IMG/VR virus record: IMGVR_UViG_3300028832_000097 | Coordinates: 64,001 to 128,000 of that record | Direction: 5' to 3' (one strand) | DNA from: a virus | Lineage: Duplodnaviria; Caudoviricetes | Length of the DNA: 64,000 nucleotides | In this document: one piece after another, positions 39,501-46,913 of the stretch | Layout: every line of letters starts with the position of its first letter | Numbering within the stretch: the first letter of the stretch is position 1 | The notes under the pieces: generated by a model | Database searches by the model: none | What the model was told of the DNA's origin: nothing | The model's input: the letters and a program-made list of their open reading frames with translations, nothing else | Made by a program: the position numbers and the translations under genes

Positions 39501-39723
39501 ACTGCCCTGACCCACTGCGAGACGAAGAATAATCATTATAATTATTACGCATCCTGTTAGACGTAGCATTACGTATTGCATCGCTAACAGATGACTGAGA
39601 ACCATTTTGTATAAAACCTTGAAGTTCTTTGAGGCTCTTATCAATAGACTCAAGGTGTCCCTGTGTTGGACCTAAACTTTCTTGTACTAATCTAGCTAAT
39701 ACATCTGAATCTACTGATGCCAT
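36595..39723 (-). CDS. Tape measure protein
   Basis: 1042 aa Ala/Ser/Gly-rich helical protein downstream of the chaperone pair. Confidence 0.7.
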   Translation of the reverse strand: MASVDSDVLARLVQESLGPTQGHLESIDKSLKELQGFIQNGSQSSVSDAIRNATSNRMRNNYNDYSSSRSGSGQSRSYGSFEDEFTKAIKDGLLKNVFNDATSKKIQDAVVKAFGENLNLKDIPGRIGKEIGQRILRSSGVESGLGEVGAVFDKALTGFNATLDASGSLTQALSRGAQIVGNNAGQLASGLGEVVTKLGPLALAGAAVIYKLNELEEAIQPAIEGFQEYNKALDAASKRQQNSARENSKLAKDRLLADVRTLVSEPFKILEESANSLTQAFDSNLRIISATQGYTKSDVQDLMSAYAQRLRDEGLTDIISGSSLVDNLSKVISSGLSGRVAEEFAYQATILGNAIPTQDFFGYASTYSSIAANAIRLGKSQDEAIQEANDSLLTFANNLLYAGRQLAGGYSTGLTNAQSIYEQSVRIAQAARSGNISGISGVMTSVAAIVGAVAPDLANAITDAVYSAATGGNASSTVALRSLAGINASNTEFLQALASDPQKVFSTLFTNLASMYNDSSAAYMEKAEGYAELFGLSSDAFARIDFNYLAQAISQMNTNSDALNENMELMVSGETTLTAEQLKNRQINQYMIENGLSYVLDNEAAREIQKHMWDEQLAREMMEAEYGVNLQGAALDALLGILSAIQNIIIWLIPGMEGITESIEQLSTFAEAEAWKSDIRQVLELGNVGSANRTTLSNLLTRDANLNLTSSLVSQLGGRSNYGIMQFGRRYLSGGNINTGISLLSRIGDLDDYVDAAVIGSISGAVSSMLGRSRSTNVSSGYSWNILGKSSQSVISSLLGGSDYNFAQVATHSTSSSNRTSSLLYDLISSSKSYTDFASKARKHGIVNLSDALESAGYDESALGRYFESKQAQVAAQEAEQYRQVEREFYSLGVDFYKLQFPENFQTPLFDTLNSMVERWDEWRENWDKHQSTMKKYVTDWSNYYINHVYYDQALGGESYYKKVAEIQRQEQTQKGDAIYALAEALTANTADLKDPTLQTNALLSQILVVINAIQNQTNNAGASSGLADTLAALAMGGTYKV

Positions 39724-39792
39724 TGTGTTCTCCTTTGTAACAATTATGAGGTAGTGATTACAATGATTGTAATCCTACCCCACGCTTAATAG

Positions 39793-40032
39793 TTATTTCT
39801 TACTTGTACGTGCGTTTCTACTCGACTGAAGGGCTTCTTCGCGTTCTTTAACCTCTTTAGTGAATAGCTTCACGTATTTCTTACGTATGAATATTGGTTG
39901 TGTCATTATCCATTCGGCAGAAACTGCACCTTCGGATGCTCTGGATATGAATAATGCTTCATCAACTATTTGTTCATATAGTTCTTGCCGCACCTCATGA
40001 CGACTTTTCATCTCCCCCTGCACGTCTATCAT
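39793..40032 (-). CDS. Tail assembly chaperone, second ORF (possible frameshift extension)
   Basis: Overlaps the upstream gene in the +1 frame; WIMTQPIFIRKKY...EREE pattern; precedes the tape measure gene. Confidence 0.6.
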   Translation of the reverse strand: MIDVQGEMKSRHEVRQELYEQIVDEALFISRASEGAVSAEWIMTQPIFIRKKYVKLFTKEVKEREEALQSSRNARTSKK

Positions 40033-40792
40033 CTCTCCACTTTCGTAGATCTCCCATGGTCGGACGAAAAAACTTATCGTTCACCAATGCAAGGAAAGCA
40101 GCGTCATTCTTACCACATTTAGGGCATTTCGCAACACCTGCGGCACGCAGACCGTAATCTGTAAGTTCTTGGATCTTATTTTTCAAGATTATATAATCAG
40201 CAGAATTGAATCGCTGTGTTACAAGCATTTTTGCTTCAACAGGGTTAAGATTCTTTTTTGTTCCTACTTCTGAAATCATGTAGCAGATACGAGCAAGCTG
40301 TGTATTGGATTTATCACCTACCTTGAACGAATTATCATTCTCAGCATTCAGCATATCCTGAATTGTAGGTAATTTAACATGTACGTCTTCGTTGAAGTCA
40401 AGGAACTCGTCTTTAGATATTACAATATCATTAGTAAACTTGGGCGGAAGTACTTTACAATCTACAGTACGCAGATCTACAGTGTATTCACCGTGTGAAG
40501 ATTCCCCGCAATTACTGCAGAACAATACATTAGTTGTAAAATAAGGTCCATAATTGAGAATTCGAAGTGCCCTACAAATCCAATGAAAATCGATTTCAAG
40601 TAACTGTCGGAAATCAATCTTTTCTTGAACAGCTTGTGGTAATATGCTATCAAGCATAGTTTGTTCAAAATCCTCTGAACTTACAAATTCGAGTTCACTA
40701 GCAGTAGGTATGCTCTGTAATGTCAATACATCCGGTATTGAATTATACAGTCCTTTGCCCAGTAACTCGATTTTTTCAGAATTAGCAGCCAT
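39995..40792 (-). CDS. Tail/baseplate hub assembly chaperone (T4 gp26-like)
   Basis: LLEIDFHWICRALRILNYG, CSNCG, VDL, KLPT, CPKCG, KFFRP. Confidence 0.75.
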   Translation of the reverse strand: MAANSEKIELLGKGLYNSIPDVLTLQSIPTASELEFVSSEDFEQTMLDSILPQAVQEKIDFRQLLEIDFHWICRALRILNYGPYFTTNVLFCSNCGESSHGEYTVDLRTVDCKVLPPKFTNDIVISKDEFLDFNEDVHVKLPTIQDMLNAENDNSFKVGDKSNTQLARICYMISEVGTKKNLNPVEAKMLVTQRFNSADYIILKNKIQELTDYGLRAAGVAKCPKCGKNDAAFLALVNDKFFRPTMGDLRKWRDDRRAGGDEKSS

Positions 40793-40870
40793 GTTGTGTC
40801 CTCCTAAAGGTTTTAGAATTTTGTGTGGCTTTATAAAATTATTAAAGGTTCAAACTGTGAATTTTCAACC

Positions 40871-41263
40871 CTATGAAGCAATGAGTGAATTCCAGCCCTC
40901 AATAGCAGCCCGCCAAGTCTTACCAGGTAATGACGCAGAAGTAAGTCCGCATTTCTTGCATTCAATATATTTGAAGTTAACATCCGAAATGTGTGTACGT
41001 TTATTGAATCTTGTGCTACCACACGATGGGCAAGCAGATAGTTTTGGAAGCGGTGTCCTAGGTTTAGATCCAGGGACAGGTTGCAGTGGACAGCTTGCAC
41101 ACTTACAATCTACATTAACCGGTTTCCGAGTGATTAAACAAAAATTCTTACCTTCACATGTTTTCATACAGAGTTTGCATTCGCCACAGTGGGAAGGCAT
41201 TTTCATATTCAATATTACTTTATCTTGCGAATTAACTTTCCGAGTCGTCATCGTCATCCTCAT
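40871..41263 (-). CDS. Cys-rich protein with Lar (restriction alleviation)-like Zn-ribbon C-terminus
   Basis: LSACPSCGS...YIECKKCG...AAIEGWN. Confidence 0.6.
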   Translation of the reverse strand: MRMTMTTRKVNSQDKVILNMKMPSHCGECKLCMKTCEGKNFCLITRKPVNVDCKCASCPLQPVPGSKPRTPLPKLSACPSCGSTRFNKRTHISDVNFKYIECKKCGLTSASLPGKTWRAAIEGWNSLIAS

Positions 41264-41435
41264 TCTTTAAGCTGATTCGACATTTAGCAAGCACAGTACC
41301 TAATTTGAATCCTTGTTGAAATCCTGCATTCTTGCCGCAGAAATATCCTGCCATCAAACACAGCCCACATTCAATAATGTATTTTATACAAAATAAAATC
41401 AAAGCTGATCTGTTGATATCAAGCATATCTATCAA
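41232..41435 (-). CDS. Small membrane protein
   Basis: Hydrophobic helix followed by GYFCGKNAGFQQG. Confidence 0.45.
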   Translation of the reverse strand: MIDMLDINRSALILFCIKYIIECGLCLMAGYFCGKNAGFQQGFKLGTVLAKCRISLKNEDDDDDSES

Positions 41436-41766
41436 TGATGGTACGCAACATATCTACAATTGCTTCTGCAGCAGCTCCAGACTCCTCAAGCAGCTTAACT
41501 GCACTACGCTCATTCTCCCATGCATCATAAAATGCTTCAACTTCGTCATCCGGAATATCATCAAAGAAAGAAGTATCTTCAATATTGACGAAACCTTTAC
41601 CCTCGTCATCATCAAAATACTTCCAGTTATCAGTATACTTATCTACAAAGGGTTCAATTGCTTTGATAATGTCATCAATGAAGTTATCAATAGCATCGCC
41701 CTTATCTGATGCTAGTTTTGCTAACTCTTCTCCGGTCTGTATGTAGTTGTCACGTGTAATAGCCAT
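41419..41766 (-). CDS. Acidic hypothetical protein
   Basis: AGGAGG RBS; class-A motif at 41802-41810. Confidence 0.7.
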   Translation of the reverse strand: MAITRDNYIQTGEELAKLASDKGDAIDNFIDDIIKAIEPFVDKYTDNWKYFDDDEGKGFVNIEDTSFFDDIPDDEVEAFYDAWENERSAVKLLEESGAAAEAIVDMLRTIIDRYA

Positions 41767-41787
41767 TGTGCGCCTCCTATAATGTAT

Positions 41788-41979
41788 TCATAATGTACTT
41801 AATAACGATTGTAATTGTTTAATTTGGAACAACTCCGGTTGATGATGGATGTTCTTGTAAGATGTTGAAACTTCTGCATCTATCAGGGCATCTTGGATCG
41901 AACATATATACGCTTGATAGTATATATTGAATGGATCCACTGACGCTTCAAGTAACTTAGTGACATCGTCTAACATCAT
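41788..41979 (-). CDS. Hypothetical protein
   Basis: Overlapping start/stop with the upstream gene; AGGAG RBS. Confidence 0.5.
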   Translation of the reverse strand: MMLDDVTKLLEASVDPFNIYYQAYICSIQDALIDAEVSTSYKNIHHQPELFQIKQLQSLLSTL

Positions 41980-42689
41980 TTCTCCTGCTTTGCCATAGAA
42001 TAATTATTAATATTAGTTACTACGATCTCAAACACTACTGCGTTTGCAGACCTTGCAAGTCGATTAAATACTAGATTGTCGTAGCATAAATCGCGAAGTA
42101 GCATTATTACATTCTCCATGACGTTATTCAAATTTACACTGTCGTTGTAATGGATCCAGAGTTCGTCATCTTTCTGAAGTATATAACTTACACCTGCAGT
42201 ATCTTCTCGAGCATTAAGTGTGCCTTGTAATGCTTCTAAATCAAGTTTATTTTGAATCATAACAGAACTTTCTACAGAATTTTCAGAAGCAACTTCTTCT
42301 ACATCCGTTTTGCTTTCTGCCGATTGCGCAGGTTCTTCATTCATATTATTCTCAAATTCTTTTAGGTCATTCATATGATCTGATTTAGAAGTAAACGTTG
42401 CGGGCTTAGATGTCGATTTAGTGCTAGGAGTTTCTGCAACAGCTTCAGGTTCAGCAGTTTCTTCATTATCACTAGAAGTATCATCTAACTGTTGATCAAC
42501 CTCGGTAATATTTTCAGTATCTTCAACTTCTTCAGGTACAGCTGTAAGTTCCTCTACTACTTCGTCGTCGAGATAAGAACGCAACTGCTGCACTAACTCA
42601 GCATTAACAGGACTCTGCAATGCGCTTCTAATTGCTGCTTTATTCTTAGAAGCTTTAAACAATGTACTTGCGTAAATTTTATCTAACAT
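41976..42689 (-). CDS. Acidic protein with [IV]xAS motifs (possible head internal protein)
   Basis: MLDKIYAST, FKAS, VESS; disordered acidic middle. Confidence 0.65.
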   Translation of the reverse strand: MLDKIYASTLFKASKNKAAIRSALQSPVNAELVQQLRSYLDDEVVEELTAVPEEVEDTENITEVDQQLDDTSSDNEETAEPEAVAETPSTKSTSKPATFTSKSDHMNDLKEFENNMNEEPAQSAESKTDVEEVASENSVESSVMIQNKLDLEALQGTLNAREDTAGVSYILQKDDELWIHYNDSVNLNNVMENVIMLLRDLCYDNLVFNRLARSANAVVFEIVVTNINNYSMAKQEK

Positions 42690-42701
42690 ATATCTGCCTC
42701 C

Positions 42702-43733
42702 TCAAAATTCAGTCCGTGTGAAATCTTTAAGATATTGATTGATTGCATCCTTTGCGTCCCTCAAACTCCAAGTTTCTACATAATACTTCCAAGTATTATC
42801 ATCTCCGGGTATTGGTTTGATTGCAAATTCATATTTGTTCTTCTGTTCATAAGAATCATAATAAGTATCTGCGGAAGTAACATAAGGACGAATTGCTTCC
42901 GGTAAGCTCAACAGAAGTTTTCTATCTCCATAGAAACGTTCATTCACCTGTATCTTAGACGCTTGGACATGTCGATTCAATTCATAAGCAGTATCGTACA
43001 TCTTCTGCTTAGCACGCTTATAGTTCACTTCTGCATTCTTATCAAAATCAGCTGCAGGATTTATCTTGATTATAGTTTTGCAAATCTTCCATACCGAACG
43101 CCCGCTGTTATCTACATACAAGAATTTATAACTATGATAGTATGTGAATTTATCATATTTCGCTGTATACGAATCGGATATCTGTAAATTTATGTCGCTA
43201 TATTTATCAATCAACTGAAGCTTATAGTCGTCCAATTTCTTGTCTACAAATGTAGCAAGCTCAGTTACATCAACATCATCATGTAAATCAGAACCTGCAC
43301 CACCTCGAACATCTACACATAACGCAACAAATTGTTTAGAAGAATCCCAAGAATCATAGATAGTACCATTTATGATTGGCAGTATATGATTTGTTCTTCC
43401 GCGTTTTGCACGATCTTCAGTAGGTGAAGTAATTACTAACCAAGTACCGTTGGGGTGTGCATTTGCAAACTCCTCTACCGTACTAATAACCCCACCTGGA
43501 GGTGTTGTAATCTTATCACCACGACGCTGTATGAATTTGAAATATACGTCATGCTCGTTGTAAGCATAGCCACCGACATCTCGCTTAATTTTATTTAACT
43601 CAGAAGCTACTTCATCATAATCCATGCGGTATGCAAGACTTAGACCACGCTTAACACAATCGCCTACAGACTTTCCTCGAGTGTTTGCATTATAATAAAC
43701 TAAATCGGAACCTAAGATAACTACTTTAGCCAT
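42702..43733 (-). CDS. Protein with N-terminal putative Cys-His-Asp (papain-like) domain
   Basis: YYNAN.RGKSVGDCVKRG...NHILPIINGTIYDSWDS; start re-assigned to ATG 43733 (AAGGAG RBS). Confidence 0.6.
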   Translation of the reverse strand: MAKVVILGSDLVYYNANTRGKSVGDCVKRGLSLAYRMDYDEVASELNKIKRDVGGYAYNEHDVYFKFIQRRGDKITTPPGGVISTVEEFANAHPNGTWLVITSPTEDRAKRGRTNHILPIINGTIYDSWDSSKQFVALCVDVRGGAGSDLHDDVDVTELATFVDKKLDDYKLQLIDKYSDINLQISDSYTAKYDKFTYYHSYKFLYVDNSGRSVWKICKTIIKINPAADFDKNAEVNYKRAKQKMYDTAYELNRHVQASKIQVNERFYGDRKLLLSLPEAIRPYVTSADTYYDSYEQKNKYEFAIKPIPGDDNTWKYYVETWSLRDAKDAINQYLKDFTRTEF

Positions 43734-44118
43734 TGCATGCACACTCCTTGTGATCCATATATACATATGGCTTTTCAGGTTTGTTACACTGTAGTGTATA
43801 ATCGAAATAAAGGGTTACCACAATTTCATCGTTTGTTAGTCTCACCCGATACTTGTGATATCCTGCAGATAGATTCAAAGAGTCTTTAGGAATATCTGCC
43901 CAAATATTGTGCGGTTCACGCTTAGTAGTTTCTAATATGTTTTCCGGTTCATCAATGTTACTACCTACTTCAAAGATATCTACAATATCAAAAGGTCTAG
44001 CCCAAGTAGGAAGTTCAAGATACACTGTATCTGAAATTTCATAACATGAAATTACTTCACTGTTTCCATATAATTCTGAAGATTTACGGGCAATGAATTT
44101 GATTACCGGATATTCCAT
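43726..44118 (-). CDS. Hypothetical protein
   Basis: ATG 44118 with GGAGG RBS. Confidence 0.65.
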   Translation of the reverse strand: MEYPVIKFIARKSSELYGNSEVISCYEISDTVYLELPTWARPFDIVDIFEVGSNIDEPENILETTKREPHNIWADIPKDSLNLSAGYHKYRVRLTNDEIVVTLYFDYTLQCNKPEKPYVYMDHKECACNG

Positions 44119-44120
44119 AA

Positions 44121-44387
44121 TCAGAAACCTCCAATTATCCAACGTTTGTTAGGATCTGCTGCACGATTATCTGAAAGAACTTGATAGCCGTTGGCTTCAA
44201 GTGCATCTTTTAAAGTATCAGGCATCTCTTTAGACCAGACTACAGTATGTGCACCAGTGTTTGCTGCTGTGTTGATCAAATAAGCAGCTTCCATCTCATA
44301 TTGATCTTCAATTGCACCATCAGCAACAGTCTTGACAGCACTAGCAAGTTTGAGTTCATGTAATTCATCTTTTGGAATAAGGCTCAT
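44121..44387 (-). CDS. Hypothetical protein
   Basis: ATG 44387 with GGAGG RBS; putative late promoter at 44422-44427. Confidence 0.65.
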   Translation of the reverse strand: MSLIPKDELHELKLASAVKTVADGAIEDQYEMEAAYLINTAANTGAHTVVWSKEMPDTLKDALEANGYQVLSDNRAADPNKRWIIGGF

Positions 44388-44451
44388 AAATAACCTCCAA
44401 TTAGAGTTGATATAATTAGTAAAGGTTAAAATTGGAGTTTTCAAATATAAG

Positions 44452-44522
44452 AAAAGCAAGTGTGCTGGAAGCAGCTTTCACCAATAAGGAGTGCTTCCAG
44501 CGGAATACTCAATCGCACTTGC
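44452..44522 (-). terminator. Structured 3' end/terminator of the tRNA operon
   Basis: GCAAGTG...GCTGGAAGCA...TGCTTCCAGC.CACTTGC-TTTT. Confidence 0.55.
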
Positions 44523-44610
44523 AACGACCGGCTTTCATTTGCAGTTAGCTCGCACCTTACCACTCGACGTTAGTATTTCATTCCGCCTTTGCGCTACGTG
44601 GTATAGGACT

Positions 44611-44695
44611 TGGTGCGGATGACAGGACTTGAACCTGCACGCCTTGCGGCACGAGAACCTAAATCTCGCATGTCTGCGAATTCCATCACATCCGC
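44611..44695 (-). tRNA. tRNA-Leu(UAG)
   Basis: Cloverleaf GCGGATG/CATCCGC-ACCA, anticodon arm CGAGA-TTTAGGT-TCTCG, long variable arm. Confidence 0.95.
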
Positions 44696-44704
44696 GTTTA
44701 AATC

Positions 44705-44950
44705 TGCCTACTCCCCACCGGGTTTGCGACAATGCGTAACCTCCGGTGGCTTTCGGCAAGGGCTCAACCCTTTTTGTCAGAGTTATCAGTCATGTCTCTG
44801 AGTTCCCGATAGCTCTAGACTGTATTTCGCAAGCACGGTGTTGACGATGAAGAGCCCAACCTCTTCTGGCAGGATATCTCACCCTGGAGTTCCCTTTGTC
44901 TCATTTATATACCGCAAGTATAAGGTGGGTGGACTGTTGCAACAGTCCAG
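44705..44950 (-). ncRNA. Unidentified structured RNA
   Basis: GC-rich intergenic stretch with TGCC-GAAAG-CCACCGG...CCGGTGG-GGAGTA-GGCA hairpin and a 20-bp palindrome at 44930-44949. Confidence 0.45.
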
Positions 44951-44957
44951 TGCGGAT

Positions 44958-45052
44958 TGGTACAGGACTACCCTCCCGTTGCAACGATTAACTCCACACG
45001 AACTTGTCTATCGGATTACTCCTGTATCGCTAAGAGTAGAGGTTTGTCCTGT
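44958..45052 (-). ncRNA. Non-canonical CCA-ended tRNA-like RNA
   Basis: ACAGGAC/GTCCTGT-ACCA acceptor stem with three internal hairpins and no D- or T-loop consensus. Confidence 0.6.
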
Positions 45053-45149
45053 TGGTGAAGTAGGCAGGAGTTGAACCTGCAATTCTACAATATGTTTTGA
45101 TCACATATAACGAGACACATCCGGCGTTTCCCTATTTCGCCACTACTTC
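45053..45149 (-). tRNA. Atypical tRNA (Leu-like, probable CAA anticodon) with an insertion before the anticodon arm
   Basis: GAAGTAG/CTACTTC-ACCA, Leu-type D arm, GCAGG-TTCAACT-CCTGC T arm; ATGTG-ATCAAAA-CATAT arm. Confidence 0.65.
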
Positions 45150-45184
45150 ATGTTGATAATAGTACTTAGGTACATAACCAAGGT

Positions 45185-45682
45185 TTACTTCAACCCTAGA
45201 AATATAGGTTCAACCAATTTTCTATATTCGTCTACTCCATGATCTATTTTATCTAAGAGCAACGGCATTGTAGCGTCCTCAATCGCACAACAAATTCTCA
45301 TGAGCAATTTTGCTGCTTCAGGTGTTACCTCAAATTCTGGATAATTACCTTTACCGTCATGATTGAATTTACCTGAACGATTATCCGCTAAGAAGCCATA
45401 CAACTCTTTCACATAATCGCTATTTGTATCACCCATGAAACAAAATAGGTTGTTGTGTAACATCTCCTTACTAGGTTTTTTAGTCTTTGGCTTGAGCGTG
45501 AAATCGTCTGCTGCTTGAATCCACTTTGCTACAGAAGTTATCCACCCATTGACATCATCTGGTCGAATATCTGAATACATGAGAAGTTTGATAATATGTT
45601 CAATGATAACACTAGAGTAAGATCTCATAAGAGATCCTGCTCTGTCTTTGTCGGTAGACATAGCTAATATGTATCGTTTCAT
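45185..45682 (-). CDS. Leader-tagged DUF29-like protein inside the tRNA island
   Basis: MKRYILAMS; IIEHIIKLLMY...NGWITSV. Confidence 0.7.
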   Translation of the reverse strand: MKRYILAMSTDKDRAGSLMRSYSSVIIEHIIKLLMYSDIRPDDVNGWITSVAKWIQAADDFTLKPKTKKPSKEMLHNNLFCFMGDTNSDYVKELYGFLADNRSGKFNHDGKGNYPEFEVTPEAAKLLMRICCAIEDATMPLLLDKIDHGVDEYRKLVEPIFLGLK

Positions 45683-45854
45683 TTTTACATGCCCTCCTTA
45701 TTGGTACTAGATTTTTAAGAGAGAACCTAGCAAACTCCTGCAAGTTATGAAGCAACTACCACCTTGCTACGGCCCATATTATTTATATAGCACTCCAAAC
45801 CTCTTAATGAAGAGTAATCCCGTCAGATTGGTTGCATGGCCATCCGAGTGCTTA

Positions 45855-45930
45855 TGGTGTTCCAGAGGCGACTCGAACGCCCGACCCATTGATTAAAAGT
45901 CAATTGCTCTACCGACTGAGCTACTGGAGC
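45855..45930 (-). tRNA. tRNA-Lys(UUU)
   Basis: ATTGA-CTTTTAA-TCAAT anticodon arm, TTCGAGT T loop, ACCA end; one acceptor-stem mismatch. Confidence 0.93.
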
Positions 45931-46029
45931 ATAAATGCCATTTGTTTTCTTTTCAAAAACTACTGCCGATGGCTCGACGGAGAGTAGGTTTTCATCTCTC
46001 GTGATCTCCGCAAAGATCACCCGCTATCC

Positions 46030-46106
46030 TGGTCTCCTGGACGGGAGTCGAACCCGTAAAACTCGGATTTTAAATCCGATACCTATGCCAATTCGGTTAC
46101 CAGGAG
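46030..46106 (-). tRNA. tRNA with UAA anticodon (Leu) and a short variable loop
   Basis: CTCCTGG/CCAGGAG-ACCA, TCGGA-TTTAAAA-TCCGA, 5-nt variable loop. Confidence 0.9.
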
Positions 46107-46215
46107 ATGTAACTGGCTGTAACAGTAAGGGAGAAAGTAGTCCAGAGAACCCTTGCTACGAATTTCACGCAGATCTTAAGAAAGAAGACACCGTTCATCT
46201 ACAGGAAGAACGATG

Positions 46216-46289
46216 TGGTCGGAGTGACAGGATTTAAACCTGCGCCCTCATGCTCCCAAAGCACGCGCTATCAGCTGCGCCACACCCCG
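46216..46289 (-). tRNA. tRNA-Pro(UGG), degenerate
   Basis: CGGGGTG/CACTCCG-ACCA, TTTGGGA loop; D loop lacks GG, T loop is TTTAAAT, ~2 nt missing between D and anticodon arms. Confidence 0.75.
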
Positions 46290-46293
46290 ATGA

Positions 46294-46447
46294 TTACTAC
46301 CAAATGACTTTGGCCATTTGTAAACTAATTACTCAATCCTGGTTAGGCTCAGTTCAAGGCAGAGCTTCCAATAACGGCCTCACTTGTAATCCTTTAATTG
46401 AGTGATTACCTAACAGTTCACAAATAACCAGAGTCATCTGGTAGTAA
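46294..46447 (-). ncRNA. Long-stem structured RNA with potential pseudoknot
   Basis: 33-bp terminal stem with G-U pairs on the minus strand, an 11-bp inner stem, and bulge GTTAGGT complementary to loop GCCTAAC. Confidence 0.7.
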
Positions 46448-46552
46448 AAATGTCAGCAAACTTTAGAGAACTTTGTACTAGTATTATCATACAAGAGAAA
46501 TGTAAATCTGACATCCAAGTGCTGTTGCTTACTTGGTTTTCTTCTCTTTATG

Positions 46553-46627
46553 TGGTTGACGATGCAGGACTCGAACCTACAATAGTTGAGTCAAAGTCAA
46601 CTGTGATAACCGTTTCACTAATCGTCA
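46553..46627 (-). tRNA. tRNA-Gln(UUG)
   Basis: TGACGAT/ATCGTCA-ACCA, GTTGA-CTTTGAC-TCAAC. Confidence 0.95.
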
Positions 46628-46648
46628 GTACATGATGCCTTTCTAAAC

Positions 46649-46743
46649 ATGTATTGAAGATGTACACAATGCAATGAGATGTGTGGTGTAGGTATCTCTT
46701 CTTAGGAGCGTGAATCGCGTTGTCATATCTTCGACTAATACAT
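46649..46743 (-). ncRNA. Irregular long hairpin RNA
   Basis: ATGTATT..GAAGAT..ACAACGC / GCATTGT..ATCTTC.AATACAT inverted repeat. Confidence 0.45.
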
Positions 46744-46913
46744 AAGCTTTCACCGGCAGTTTACGACAGATTAACGTATGAACCTGTGTTGCTATATATT
46801 TACGGATGAATATTTGAATCGACAGTACGTAAACTTCGGAGGGCAAATAATTAACAATAGAATATTAAATTGTCAAGTTACTGTGTTATACACACTATAA
46901 CGATTCGTAAAAG

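Noticed and set aside
44456-44760. Named riboswitch or ribozyme (twister, hammerhead, lysine, c-di-GMP)
   Set aside because: Only fragments of consensus match; no family can be supported without a covariance search.
45053-45149. Opal (UCA) suppressor or Sec tRNA reading
   Set aside because: It would need A at position 33; there is no Sec-type long arm, and TGA is used as a normal stop throughout.
44535-46846. Short minus-strand ORFs 44535-44759, 45823-46020 and 46643-46846
   Set aside because: They overlap tRNAs or structured RNAs and lack RBS support.
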